A DNA stretch of 64,000 bases from positions 1,860,001-1,924,000 of the forward strand of contig JAYWIR010000034.1 in assembly GCA_036172245.1 (NCBI GenBank), in the 5' to 3' direction. This stretch comes from Raillietiella orientalis (lineage: Eukaryota). The position numbers and the translations under genes were made by a program. Positions 1 to 12,888 of this stretch are shown in pieces; the stretch's first letter is position 1, and every line of letters starts with the position of its first letter. Below the pieces are notes generated by a model, which was not told where the DNA came from, did not search any database, and saw nothing but the letters and a program-made list of their open reading frames with translations.

Positions 1-512
1 AGGGATGAAGGCGCCCCCCCTCATCGCCTTGGGGCACACCCGCGCGTCCGATGGCAGGCCTTCCCTTTGTCCCGTTCATTTCGAAGGGACCTTAAAAAAT
101 AAGACAGCCAAAATATATATGCATATATAAAAGTGGGGTTCCCCTTCCTGCCCCCCCTTCGCTTCAGTCGCTCCTTAGGGAGTGCGGGAAGCCACTCCCC
201 CATTACGAGGAAGGCGGGACTCGGCCTCGCGTTCTCCCACCTACCCGCCCATCCTTCCTGGGGCTGTTTTTCGCTTTTTTTTTCTGCTGCTCCTCCCCCT
301 CTTCTTGAGGAGCGAAGAGAGAAAGAACTCGGGCTCCTGGGAAGCAGGCGAGTTCGTTGCTCCTGGCAACCGGGAGCTCTGCTTCCACCTCCCGTTGGTC
401 CTGAGGGGAAGGAGCCCTTCCCGGCTCCGCGCCGTCTTCCCGGAGCGCCCGCCTTCCGGTTAGGCAACGAAGCTTGCCGGAGATTCCGCAGAGCGGCGGA
501 GCGAGGGAGACG

Positions 513-675
513 TGACGTCAGAGGAGCTTCTCGACGCAGTGGAAAAGAGGGAGGGAAGGGGGGGAAGAAGACGAACGTCTCAAGTCCGTCCGTCCTGAAT
601 GACGTCATCAAGGGCTCGACCAATCAGGACATCCGTAGATCGACGCATCCCTCTAGAAACCCCTTCACGGCCAAT
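513..675. promoter_or_regulatory. Promoter-like element cluster: two CRE/ATF palindromes and two CCAAT boxes
   Basis: TGACGTCA at 513-520 and 600-607 (the latter within ATGACGTCAT). CCAAT at 620-624 (GACCAATCAG) and 671-675 (GGCCAATCG). All lie in CpG-rich DNA. Function is inferred from motif clustering only. Confidence 0.4.
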
Positions 676-1443
676 CGTTCGGGCGAACGGCTCGGTGCCA
701 GCCGGCGGCGCGTCATCGCAGCCCCTCTTTTCGGGAAACGAAACGGGAAACGAGTGCCCCGCGTTCTCTCGAGACGACAGCGCCATCCCAGGGACGGCGT
801 CGAGACCTGACGCCCGCAGCAGCGAGCGAGATGGGGGGTGACCTCTTCCTCTCAGGGCCTGCACAGAGCGAGTGCCCAGCCGATGGGCAGTCTGGGAAGA
901 GTCCAGGATCGGGCTGCAGTCCTGTCTGTGTCTCTGGAAACGCACCCGAAAGCATACCCGAAGCGCAGTGCCTTCCCGCCTAAACGCGCCCTCCCTCGTG
1001 GGCTCCACGAGCCGCCGGAACAAGCCTCTTCTCCGAAGGTCACGGTCCCTCGGTCGTAGGCTCTTCTCTTTACGCGGCCCTCTCGATCTGACGGACGAGG
1101 CAGGATGCCGGCTGCCGCTCCGTGCTGCCTGACGAGAGGACGCCAGACAAGTCTGTAGCCGGCATCGGCGGAGTTATGCTGGGACAGCTTCCTTTCCCGC
1201 CTCGCCTTCCTCCCGCCCAGGTTGCGCGGGCACCAACGGCGCCGCTACGTGGACAGCGTGCGTGCACCCGCACACCCCTGTTTCAAATGTCGACGAATCA
1301 GCGAGCACCTTTCTTCTCTGAAGAGTTCAAAGGACCTCGCCTTAGAAGCTGTCCCGTGCACCTTCCGTTTCGCTCCCCGCCTCCCGGGGATTCCAGCGTG
1401 TCCTTCAGGTGATCCGGGAGAAACCTGCTCCCGCCTTCCACTT

Positions 1444-2603
1444 CCCCCGCGGCTGCAGCGGAGGGCTGAGAGGAACCCGTGGCTGAAGGCGGCCGTCCTC
1501 TTGGATGGAGATCGGGGAGGTGACGAAAATTCCTGCAAGGAAGCGGCCGAGGAATTCCTGTATCCACCAGGCTCGGGGTAAGAAGGGGGACGGGGGACGG
1601 AGGCTCTGAACGTTCGACAGCGGAGCGACCTGGCAAAAGATGCTGGAACATCCGAGATCCTGTAGGATATTCCAGAATTTCATGCCGCTGCTCGTTGTCC
1701 CGATCAAATCGAAAAATTGATGTTGACTGATCTCGTTTTCTCCCTTTTAAATTCCGATCGTGGGGTGCTTACGATAAGATCTGGGTGAAAAATGCTGCAG
1801 CGATGCGTTTTAAAAGTATCAAAACAAGAATAAGATCGATGGGAGATCAGTTCTATCAGGAAAGTTCGATAGAAAGCAGCGTGCAGATTTGTCACCAACG
1901 TTAGCTGAATGTAGATAAGGCAATAAGTTTTCGAGGAAAAAAAGGAAACCGTTCATCAGACACAGTTCTGGTATCATCTGCAGCCTGTGCAAAAGGCTCG
2001 TGAATTCTCACTTGCGAATGCCGATCTCAGGCAGTTTTTTTTTTCTTTTTCTTTGGGGCTCAGAACACTCGTTAGGATGGGGAGTTGATAACACAAAAAG
2101 TAACGGGCTCTTCCCCGCTCTCCAGGTACCTGGTTGATTTGTCCCTCATGAATCCTCAACGAGGCTCAGTTTCGGTACGTCGGCAGTGTGCATTTTGAAA
2201 ACAACGTCGTGACTGCTGTCGTCATATCCCAGGATCACCTTCATGTTGGCAGACTTGGAAAAAGTACGTAACGTCGTTTGCAAGACACAAGGTGATTGCA
2301 AGGTGATTCTTTTTTTTCAAAAAAAGAACAAAAAAATTCAGCTGAACCATGCACAGCAACAGGAGATGCTACAAGAATTTGCAAGAGATCTGTGAGTAAT
2401 TTGGGGGGGGGGGACGTGATCTTTGTTTGTCGACTACAGTGTATTGCCTTGCTCTGAACAATCACATCCAGAGGAGCCCTTCAAAATGCATTGTCATTTT
2501 ATCATTTAAAACAGCTGTTAATCATTGAGGGCAGCTCGTGGTTCACGGGAATCACAAGTCTCATTTATTCACATACGACAGTCCCGATTCCTCACAGCCG
2601 GTA
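1444..2603 (+). CDS. Putative multi-exon protein-coding gene, product unrecognised (boundaries approximate)
   Basis: Short AG...GT-bounded open segments: ...RAERNPWLKAAVLLDGDRGGDENSCKEAAEEFLYPPGSG|gtaag (~1577); PVQKAREFSLANADLR (~1984-2030, GC donor); YLVDLSLMNPQRGSVS (2126-2174); ITFMLADLEK (~2233-2263); LNHAQQQEMLQEFARDL (~2342-2391). Phases could not be reconciled across all junctions. Confidence 0.3.
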
Positions 2604-3157
2604 AAATATGGTATGCACCCATCCTATGTTTTTCGTGGGATATTTGCTGGATGGTTGGGCTGGTTTACGAATAAAACAAGAAAAAGCAGACTGGTAGAAA
2701 ACCGTGCTTTCCCCGTAACCTTGAGCACGCCTCCCTCTGTACGAAATTACGACGTTCGCCTATTTGACTCAAAGCTGAATTATGAGCAGCCTGTTTGAAC
2801 CCGGGAGAAGGTGGCAACGGTGGTGAATGACAGCCTCAGCTGTGCTGATGACAGTTGACGGGTGAGGCGTGCTGGCAGCGAGGAGGCTGCTTTGGGCCCT
2901 CAAACAGTGCTCTTTCGAATTTATTCATTCATTTTTGTGTGTGTGTTCCTTTCGCATAAAACAGTGATGTCGTGTTGGCGTGTTAGTTTTCACATGGAAG
3001 TCCATTGATACCTGCATGTGTGTGTGCGTTCTAACATTTGTTGTTTTCAGAATGTTTGTTCGCTGTTCTACTTTCCGCGTTCCGTAACAGAATTCGATGC
3101 CCTGTGCACTGTAAACCCTGAACTTTGAATTTGAGGAAGGAATAGTAACTTCCAAAC

Positions 3158-6100
3158 ATGATTTTTGGGAAATTGGCGTTACCGATATCGTTTTAACTGC
3201 CCTTCCTGATGTCAGGTAAGCGAATTCGAATGTTCCAGGGGTTTGGCAGCTTTTGTCTTCCTCTACCAGATTGCGGGAAATATTCAAACACGTCGTGCTC
3301 GCAGTGTCTTGCCGTGGAAAATGTAAGGTATATGATCTCTTCGCATTCCATCTAGGTTTATTATTTCCCCCCGCCCCTTTTTGTTTAGTGTTTCTGGTGC
3401 ACAGATACTCAGCAATGTGCCTTGTTTGTGCGGTCCCCTATTTTCCCTAGTGAATGCCGTCTAAGAGGAATTAGATATGCCAATTGCTGGGGTATGTGAA
3501 CCTGAAGATGAAATGAATAAATACCTCAAGTGTTCAAATTATTCGTTTTTACCGATATTGTTGAATGCGAAGTTGCCATGGTGCCGTGCACGGAAAATGC
3601 GTAAAGCGAGCGCCCGCGAGCCCCTCGCGGTGAAATCGGTTCTCTTTGCAAGTACGGAACAAGGCATTTTGACACAAAATGAAACCTGGACTTGGATAAA
3701 AAAAAAAAAAAGTTGCTCTTTTGGGTTTGTGCCGATGGAATTTGCCATGATCCCCTCTTAGTATGTGGTTTCACATGATATTGTCTTCCGGTATCAGCGA
3801 GAACATGAAAAAGTAATTTCGTTCAAATTATTGGTAAGAGTTCTGATCACGAAATTATAACTTAGATGTGGAAATTAATCAGTGTACAAATGAAAATTAT
3901 TTATGTACACGTAATGCACTACAAATTATTCACCGAGGAAATGTTGTCATTAAAAGAAAAAACTTTGTAGTTTGACTTAGGTACTATGCACATAAATGAA
4001 CGTTTGCAGTGTTTCACAAACCCATGTTTTCTTTTTTTTCATCTAGTCAATTATGAAGCCCTTGTGATTTCATCAACTGTGATCATACTTACGCTGTTTT
4101 GTATGATTTGTTGCTGCTGTTATTGCAAATGCAGAACCAGAAGGAAAAGGAAAGAAGAGAAACAACGAGCAAAGCAGCAGGTCGAAAGGGATGCCAGAAA
4201 ACATAAATACGATGATATTAAAAAGCAGAGATCATTAAAGAGAGAAGAAATACGTACAAAATACGGTATTCGCAATTTTATCCCCATTTTGTTTTATGCT
4301 ACGATAACAGATTTGCTTTTGCATTTATTGGACGAGTCCTGCACTACTAACTCATATTCCTGCTGTGTCTGTAACATTTTTCCATGTTATTTAAGCAAAC
4401 TAAATGTGAAAATACGTTTATTTGCCCAAGAACCTTGATTATCTATTTAATTTCAGTCCATGAACAGGAAAGCCCAAATTTTGATTTCTACCTAGGACGC
4501 AAAGCTAATGAACATTTGTTTGTTAGCATTGCATCCTAGATGTGCCAAATAATGTCATTGTTAATTTTGTCAAAGTTTTTTTTTTCATCATTAATTTTTT
4601 TCATATCACACACTAAGTATTAGATTGATTGTTCAAGCAAAGAAATCACCATACTAAAGGCCCCATGTATGATCTCTTCTTGTGCATTTGTGAAATTGCA
4701 CACCTAGCCTTACGGTGAAATTTTAAATTATAATTTCCATTTTCTCCTATAATTTACAAAATTCTTGTGGTCATTACAATTACAAATTTGTAAACCTAAC
4801 ATGGTAAGAGTAGTGGCATTTGGTTAGAGTTTTCATGTTTCCGATAGGGTTTCTTCATGTTGGATACAAGGTTACTTTTTAAGTGACCTCATTTTCTGTC
4901 ATTTGATGAATTTAATTTTCATTTAATTTACTTTTTATTTTTGAATATTAAATTTTCACTCTCCATTTGTTGCAATGGCAAATGTTACATGAAGCTCAAA
5001 GGATAGCATGGTTAGCACTTTATAGAGGGCATTCGTGGAATTTGAATGTTACCTTTTGCTGACTTGGGCTTGTTTAATCAGCATCTGGTAAATGTGAACA
5101 GTGCATCACAGTAACCATGTCTTGTCCATGATTTTTTTCTGCACATGGCACATTCACAAATATTCATTACACATAACTTCCTTTATGTGTAGAATAACTG
5201 TATGTGACACTGGTGGATTTGTGGAATCCTTTCCCAAATTCACACAAACTATTTTTAAAAATTCCAGGCTTCCTTCTCTGCCATCTGTTCCATTCCTCAT
5301 GATTGTAATGTATCATGAAATTATTGTTATTGAAGCACTGATTCATGTTTTGGATTACTCCCTTTGTGTCTTGAAACATTTATTGTGTCATATGTCTGTA
5401 CCAAAGCCTATTTGAGATTCCAGAACTGTGCTTCAGCGAACTTGATTCTTGTTAGCATCCAGAAGACTGGTTCATGCATGAGATTATTATGCTAGTGTTC
5501 ACCAGCAAATATTTATGTAATGTCTATTGTTAAGTTCCTCCTTAGCACAACTGCTTCTCCTTTGTCATTTTCGTTTGATATTTCCTTAGTACCTTATAAT
5601 GTTGTTTGAACATAACATAGCATAAATTTGTTCATGATTATCTTCTATGTTTATATCTCTAGCAAACACGTCTTTTTCTTTAATGCCTTAAATGTCTCCT
5701 CTTATTTCAAAATTTCTTGCTTATACACTCATACATTGGGATTTTTCAGCAATTTTACAGTAATGCTTTCCAAACTATAAAGTGGAAGCTCTTGTAGACT
5801 TAGCCAAGAATAATGGCACTGCTTATTTCTGGTATTCCATTTTCCTTCTATTGTTTGGTTTTTCAAGTAATCATTCAAAGTCCTAATTTTTCTCCTGAAG
5901 GAATCAGGAAATTAACTAGCAATAAATTAAACTGAGGGTAATTTTATGCAAGACAAATGGCAAACAAAAAACAAAAAAACATGGGTGATTTCAAGAATGC
6001 ACGACTTTCAAATTCATGTATGAGCTTGCTCCATTTCATTAATGTTTGTTCCTTTCCCTCACTCAGTGCTGGAGGTTTTGTGGCTGGATGAAAGTAGTCC

Positions 6101-6865
6101 AGAATCATGTTTTTGTGTTGTTGTTTTTATGATAGAATGACTGTTTTTGGAAATAGCCATTTTTTGGATCTGTTAATGTGTGTTTGTATAGTTGCATTAT
6201 GTAACACACACTTTTGATAAATGAGTTAAAGAATTAAGATTAGTTTCTATACTGCTCCTTACAGAGCTTAGTATTGAGCATTTATATGTTCACAAGTACT
6301 TGACAGCTTTTCATTTACTCTCAGAAATTTAATTTTCGTTTTCAACAGATGATGTACAAGTATCTCAAGTACCTTTATATCATTTACAAAGCAGCCAGCT
6401 TCATTATTAATTATATCCCTTCTGTTTTTACATCATGTTTGTTACCTTTCTTTGCTGCCTTGTGCAAACATAGGAGCTTTTATTTGTATTTTTTATACAA
6501 GTATGGTCCATAATTGTATTTCTGTTACCTTTATTAGTTTGTGTGTAGTCCTTACCTGTTTACCCAAATTGCAAAATTTTCTGTGACAATAGTTACTGGA
6601 TGTGCATTATTTTCCTGCTTTACATACTGAAAATACAGTATTCAGATTGAGTGAATATTAAATATTGAAATCCTGATAGCATTGACATCCTGATACATAA
6701 CAGGTTTTACAGTTATGATGTCACATCAGTATTTTTTATTAAGTCAAATGGATTCAAAGAAACGTCCTTTAAAAGTTTTTTATTCAAAGTTGTTTCCAGA
6801 TTTTTTCTTCTTTTTTTACTGTATTCAGTCAACCTAGATTCTTATTTCTAGGTATTCTGCCTTAG
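3158..6865 (+). CDS. PTTG1IP: PTTG1-interacting protein-like (PSI domain, transmembrane helix, Cys cluster, basic tail)
   Basis: Phase-consistent exons 3158/3209-3215, 3270-3322, 3389-3491, 4047-4265 and probable 6852-6865. They give DCGKYSNTSCSQCLAVENCFWCTDTQQCALFVRSPIFPSECRLRGIRYANCWVNYEALVISSTVIILTLFCMICCCCYCKCRTRRKRKEEKQRAKQQVERDARKHKYDDIKKQRSLKREEIRTKYGILP*. This matches the PTTG1IP pattern (CxxC, CxWC, CWVNFEAL, CCCC, EIRKKYG). The start and last exon are less certain; there is an in-frame TAA at 3194-3196. Confidence 0.88.
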
Positions 6866-8427
6866 AAGCAAGGGATTGGACCAAAGTCCAGAAAACAACA
6901 GGTGAGATGCAGATTTTGATTCTTTATTGTCTCTCCTCCGGAGTTTTAGACTTCTAAACAACTTATGGACTGATGAAGTCGAAGGATTATTTTCTTCAGT
7001 GTACCTAATTAAATTTTCATCTTTTTTTGTATCTTTAATGAATTCATTGAAAGAACCATTATTAAATCTTTGTATTTCATTTAGTCTGTTACCACTATTC
7101 TTCTGCCTAATTTTTAGTTGTCATTGTATGCATGTATGTTTCCATAAGCATCTTATGAATTGTTGCTTTGTAAGTTTTGATTTGATTTTCGGTTTTTGTA
7201 TTATACTTTCAGTATAATAATACCTGAAGTGTAATCCTGATTCCTGAAACATGTGCAGTTTGCAGATAACTAACTCTGAGCCAGTAAACAAATTTGATTC
7301 ACACTTTGTGAATACATTAGAGGTTGATAGTCAATGCTTAAAATTAAAATTAAAAGATTACAAGAAATCTAACTTGCCAGCCATGCATTCATACAATAAC
7401 TATCCTCAACTTATTGTGATAATTAGTCCAAAATGCTTCCTGTCTGTTCGAGGTTTTCATTTTAGTCTGTAGTTATTCACCTAATTCAACTGTAGCTATT
7501 CGTCCCTTTCATGAGTGGATTGCATATTGCCTGATGATAGTTGACTTAATGTGATTGAAGTCAAGCTGGACTGTTGAAAATGATTCGAGTTTGACTTTAT
7601 GATCTTTGTTGTTTTTTGGATTAATTTGTTTTCTTCTTTTGAAATGATCATGTTGAAGGATTAAGTTTTTGATATAGTTGAAATATTGACCAGCTCTTGT
7701 CAGAAACAAAATTTTATTTTGAATTTTATAGCCTGTTGGTTTTCAGGCCAGTCTAATGTGTGTCTGAAATGGTCTTTTTCAATTCCAACACACAAAGAAG
7801 GTTATTTCTGACATAGGAGAAAAAAATGATTCAATCAGATTGGCTACCTTCACTGTGAATTCCTTTTCCATCCTACACGTTTACAAATTTTCACATGCAC
7901 CTGCCTCAAAATTATAACTTAGTGAAAATCATACCACTGCCTCAGGTGAAAATCATACCACCAGCTGGATATCCAAGTATTGACTTGGATTATGAAATAA
8001 TTATAGTAAATTTTCATGCATGCATTACTGAGGCAAGGGATGAGAAAGCATACTACAGTGTTTGATCGTACATGGGAGTTATTTATATTGTATTTCATAA
8101 TTTAATTCTACGTCCATAAAAGCATTTCGTCAGAGATGTTTTTTTTGCATCTGAATTGCTGCTTATTCCTTGGGCATCTGTTCTCACAGAATTAAGATTT
8201 CGCGAATGTGAAAACTTTCTGGGAAATTCATACACTGATTTGTCTTTTATGTTTCATATGTATGTGAGATCCCAGATATGTACATGTAAATAGTTTTTTT
8301 TTTTTTTTTTCTTTTTCTTTTTCTTTTCTAGTACTCAGAAGATTTGGGAAAGCCGAAGCAATGAGTGCTGTACTTGAATGTATTGCATTTCTTGTATCAG
8401 TGGTTTAGTTTGGTTGCAGGATCGGGA

Positions 8428-8433
8428 AATAAA
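8428..8433 (+). terminator. Putative polyadenylation signal of the PTTG1IP-like gene
   Basis: AATAAA about 100 nt after a long polypyrimidine tract and AG (8293-8331). This acceptor pairs with the AG|gtgag donor at 6901/6902, suggesting a 3' UTR exon. Confidence 0.45.
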
Positions 8434-8663
8434 ATTGAAAATATTGAAATCACATTTTTTTGCATTTACTACCCATCAGTTGCAATGCACAGTTTCTCCT
8501 GAAATTTTCTAGCATATACGTCGAGAAGATTCACATTATAAGAGCATTGGTCCTCGAATGCTCTGAAAACCCAAGAACATGGGTAGAATTCCTGGTTCTT
8601 CATTCAGAATCCCTCAAGTCCTCGCATCACCTTATCTGTGCATCCTTTTAACTGTAAGGACAG

Positions 8664-11600
8664 TTATGCGCAGGGGAAGTTCTTTGTTTGCTTTGAGTTT
8701 ATGGAAATTAGAAACACCGTTTGCTTTAGAACGAGCATGAAAGCTAGAGATTTAAAAGTCCTGTTCACACTGTATGGGTCATCAGTAAAAAGTGAGTCAA
8801 AGGAATAGGTGTGACCACCCCGCCTTGCCGCAAGTGAGATACCGCAACTTTTTGGTGGACACGCGCCTAACTTTGTCTCCATAACTGCTTTCCACACATG
8901 CATGGCGAAAGCTCTTTCCTGGCTGATTTTCGGATCTCCAACTGGTTGAAAGATACCAAAGTGTGCGCTTTCATTTTGTAGTTTGCCAGAAATACGCTTT
9001 GCACGCACCAAACCGTACCGCTCTCGCACTGTGCAAGTCTAGCGGTACGGACTTATGGACGTGAGGCGTGTTCCTGTCCTGCTTACTGTGTACTTTACTT
9101 TGTCCCCACCTCGCATTTTCGCATGCTTGGAAAACTTACCGTTTGGAGGGCCGTAACGTTATGGTTAGGTTACAGCGTTGAGTGTACATAGGAACAGATG
9201 GGCTCCAGGTCCCGCTATACCTTTATTGCCTGAAGTTCACGTTTCTTCCCATTGGAACACGTGTACGCAAGCTTAAATGTGCCTTGGAGGCAAATGCATG
9301 TATGCAAACTTCATCCATCTCCTTTTGGGTTCCGTAAGCAGTCGCTGTACAACTCCAAGCCAATTTCTGCGGGTGAAGCTCTTGAATCCACGTAGCAACG
9401 TTCGCACCGTCCCGCCATCGTTTCGACCCCCGAGGATGCTGGCAGCGTTGACGACGGACAACTCTGCTTCACAAACTCGGGAAATCTTCACACGGTGCAT
9501 CACGCCATTGCCTCTGGAGTCTATGTGCGTTTGATCTCTGCAGCTTTGGATTTGAAACATGCTAGGCACGTTGCATTGCAACAAGCGGTGCAATGCAACG
9601 TTCCTCTCACTCTTGGACTTCCAAAGTTTGTGTGGTCCTATTTTAGTAGCTCCTGGCAGTTTCCAAATATCTCAACAACCCGAGTGGTGAGTGTGCAACT
9701 TCACAGATATTCCCCCGCAGCTGATATGGAAAGGGAAAACGCGAGGACGAAAGTCGCGTGCTCACAAACACGCAGTCGAGCACGTGCATCAGTATCTGTC
9801 CGTTTCTTCTCCACGTTTCCTCCTCGGGAACAGCTCTTGTTGGCCTCTCGCGCATTTGCTCGGAGGTATATCGTACCGAACGTGGTCGTGGAGCTCGTGA
9901 CATCCACCTGCACTTCTTGGAGTCGATTCACATTCACAGAGCGTTTTCACCTTTCAGCGTTGCGATTCCCAGCTTGCAGCCCAGGCAGAGAGCTGTGTCA
10001 TTGCAGTGTTGCAGTCTCTCCGACAAGAGAAGGACGGTCTCATAGTGCTCGACCAAAGCATGGGACCCCCCAGCATAGGTACAAGAAGATTTCCGATAGT
10101 ATGTTCGCGGGAGGCGTGTCTGCAATTTTCCGACAATTCTTTTCGAAGGGCTTTCTACTTTGTGACGAGAATTGCAGCTACCCCGATTGGCAGGACACGA
10201 TGTTCTTGTCACTGCTGCCGCCTGCAACTTGGATCGTACCTAGTGTGACAGTTTATCTCCCTCCCTTGGTAGCCGTGCTCGCAAGTGTGCTGCATAGCCT
10301 CCTCCTTGTGTTCTACGTACATCGAGGGCGAGAAGGTATTGCTTTGTTCCTCCGAAGGATGCCTCGTTGGTCTAAAGGAGAGGCTCAATCTGGAAGGAAA
10401 ACAACGATAGTAAAGAAATGCGTAGTTCCGTGGCGGTCCCAGCTTATAACACGTTAACATAGTTCTTATGGAAATGAGCGATCGCGGGGTGAAGACTTTT
10501 ACGTCCGGTTGCGCCAGGGCGTTAACCTGAACAAGAGACACGGAGAAATAAACATGGCAAATAAGCGAACAAGCAGATTCAGAGCGGGTCACTCGGTGCT
10601 TCCAGAGACCGAAGAATTCTGGAGGCAGCCGATTGACCAGAGAGGTCAGTCGCAGAGAGGGAGTGAAAGGGATGCCACGTAAACAAGTTATAAAACATGA
10701 CCATCTGTGTGGAGGGAGGGACAAGGGAGGAGGGAAGGTCATCGTATTCCCCTGGTAGGGAGACGAACATCGGTGAGGATGAAAAGAATTCTGAAATCCG
10801 GAACCACAGGATTCGGTTTGTCAAAGTTCCTCTCTGCAGTTCCTATCCTATTGACCGGTACCTCCGACAAGCTACCGCCGTCGACAAAGTGGACGGACGG
10901 CCTTGGCAACACCGCCCCCGCCTCCTTTTCGTGCTTTTCATCCTCCCACAGTTTTTTGGCGAAGGCACTTGGCGTGTCTTTCGCGAATCTTCCCTCTCCG
11001 TGCAGGTCGCTCTTCCAGACATCATTAACACCTGATATTTGACCCAACACGTAGTCACGATGCTGCCCTCTTCATATCGTTTGTCCAAATTCGGGTGCTA
11101 CCGTTTAACTGTTGGGCGATTCTTGCTCTGATGCCCGCCATTTTGTCCTTTTCTCTCGGTGGGCAGAATTCATTTATTGTTTTATTTGTCTTCTTTTTTT
11201 CCATTGGCCTCTGACCTGTCTTTTCTGCCCCTTTGGCCTGTCCTCTCTACGTTTTCCTCCTTCAGCATCTCCGCACATCGGATCTCTGGGTGTGCTTCGT
11301 CACTGCTTGGTTGCCTGAGGGAACCACGAACCGTCCACGAGCCAGCGTGCACGTGGCACGGGGAGTGTTGCAGCGGCGAAGATGTGCGCCCGGAGGGTGT
11401 ATGCACGCCTTCCTGCGTCGCTTTTTGTGTTCTCGTTGTTACTCTTCGGACGCCTGCTTGCGTCTGTTCGCGCACTGCCTTGGAAACACAAACAGAGAAC
11501 CCGTGCCTGCAGTCCCACCTACGCATATTCCAGCTCCCCCACCCCTCCTGCTACGATTCGAACAGGCCTTCTGGTCTTCCACCCGCGCGCGAAGGAAAAG

Positions 11601-12884
11601 AAGGGCGTCGCGACTGGTTCAAGCGTGCAGTGAGCGGCAGAGCATCTTGGCTCATCAGGAAAGCCAGTGAGGGCGAAAGACTGGTCGGTACGGGAGATCT
11701 GATCGTTGGTCAGCGTGGAGACGCCACAGGCTGTTTCTTACCAAGCAGGAAGAAGCATCATCTAAGCCTTCTACAGCAGGTAACGGGCACAATCGCCGTA
11801 CCGACCGGAAGGTTCCGAGGGAGTGTCGGAGGAGGAATTGATTGGCTCGAGTGCGTCTGGGTCAAAAAAAGGCCTCCTGCGAAGCCCCTTAGACGAGCGC
11901 GTGGCGCGGGGGTGGGACGGGGAGGCGCGGCGCGTTCTTTGCGCGACCGCGACAAAAGCCTGCGTCCCACACGTTTTGTCGTCCGAGCGAGGCGACAGTC
12001 CAAAAAGGGCGGCTCCTGGCAGGGCCGCCCTGGCAGATGATTCCCTTTGTGAGTTTCCTGTCCCGTTGCTGAAGCATCCAGTCCGAAGGTGGGAAGCGCA
12101 GATGACAGCCGGAAGGAGCAGTCAGGAAGATGATTGGGGCGCGAGCGTTCGGCGGACGACAGCGGAGCACACGTTCCGACGAAAGGACTCCAGCCTCTCC
12201 TCCAAAGACTGACCGCCAGGCTTCCAGAGTGCAGTTTTTTTTCCTGCTGCCACCGATCCCTGAAGCGGCAGCTGCCACGCTGCCATCCCGAGGAGGAAGT
12301 CTTCCGAATTATGCCTGGCGCTGCTGCAGGAAGGTGAACCGACCAGCTCCCCTACGGTAGAGCCCGGGAACTCCCAGGAGAACACACCGAGTGACCCCGA
12401 GATCCAGAATCAGGACGAAAGCAGGACGCCTCGGTTCCGGATTCGTCCGAACAGTTCGAACCTCGGAGAAGTGGAAAGACCGAACGACCCCCTAGACTGA
12501 AACTCTTCTTTCCACCCTGCGTGGGCCGGGACCACGCAAGGTCGGAAGCGAGGGGGGGGGGGAGGAATTCCGCTGGCTTTTGCTCCACGCAGCCAGGTGG
12601 GTGAGCCACCGCAGGGAAAAGGGGGGAAAGGGAAAAGGAAAAATCCGAGGTTTTTGGAAGGATCCTCTAATCCTTCCCGCCACGATGGGCGCCTTCTGCA
12701 GCGGCCTGCGGCGCGACAGGCAACTCTTCCACTTGAGTTCGCGGAGGACGCGGTTCCCATCGCCCATCATGCACTGAAGGAAGAACACGGGGCACATGGC
12801 ACCTATCTGCTCGCCAGGGGTGAACGCACTGAGTTCGCTTGTTGCATAACAAACGATGTATGCCTCTCCGGGATATGACGTCAT
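8664..12884. other. Intermediate-GC region with probable unrecognised exons
   Basis: A 320-codon + ORF (9495-10457) with a hydrophobic segment. Several protein-like minus-strand segments (e.g. GVNDVWKSDLHGEGRFAKDTPSAFAKKLWEDEKHEKE, ~10860-11035) and a strong minus-strand GTAAGT donor near 9140. No family recognised; strand unresolved. Confidence 0.25.
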
Positions 12885-12888
12885 CCGG
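12868..12888. promoter_or_regulatory. CRE palindrome within an extended imperfect palindrome
   Basis: CCGGGATATGACGTCATCCGG with core TGACGTCA at 12876-12883, next to an AT-rich spacer (~12915-12980). Confidence 0.3.

Noticed and set aside
1460..1577. RNPWLKAAVLLDGDRG resembles a phosphatidylglycerophosphate synthase segment; the region also faintly recalls HAUS7
   Set aside because: No HKD motif or further collinear similarity was found, so no name is assigned.
7922..7961. 16-nt direct repeat GTGAAAATCATACCAC
   Set aside because: Isolated local duplication in an intron, with no terminal repeats or element between the copies.
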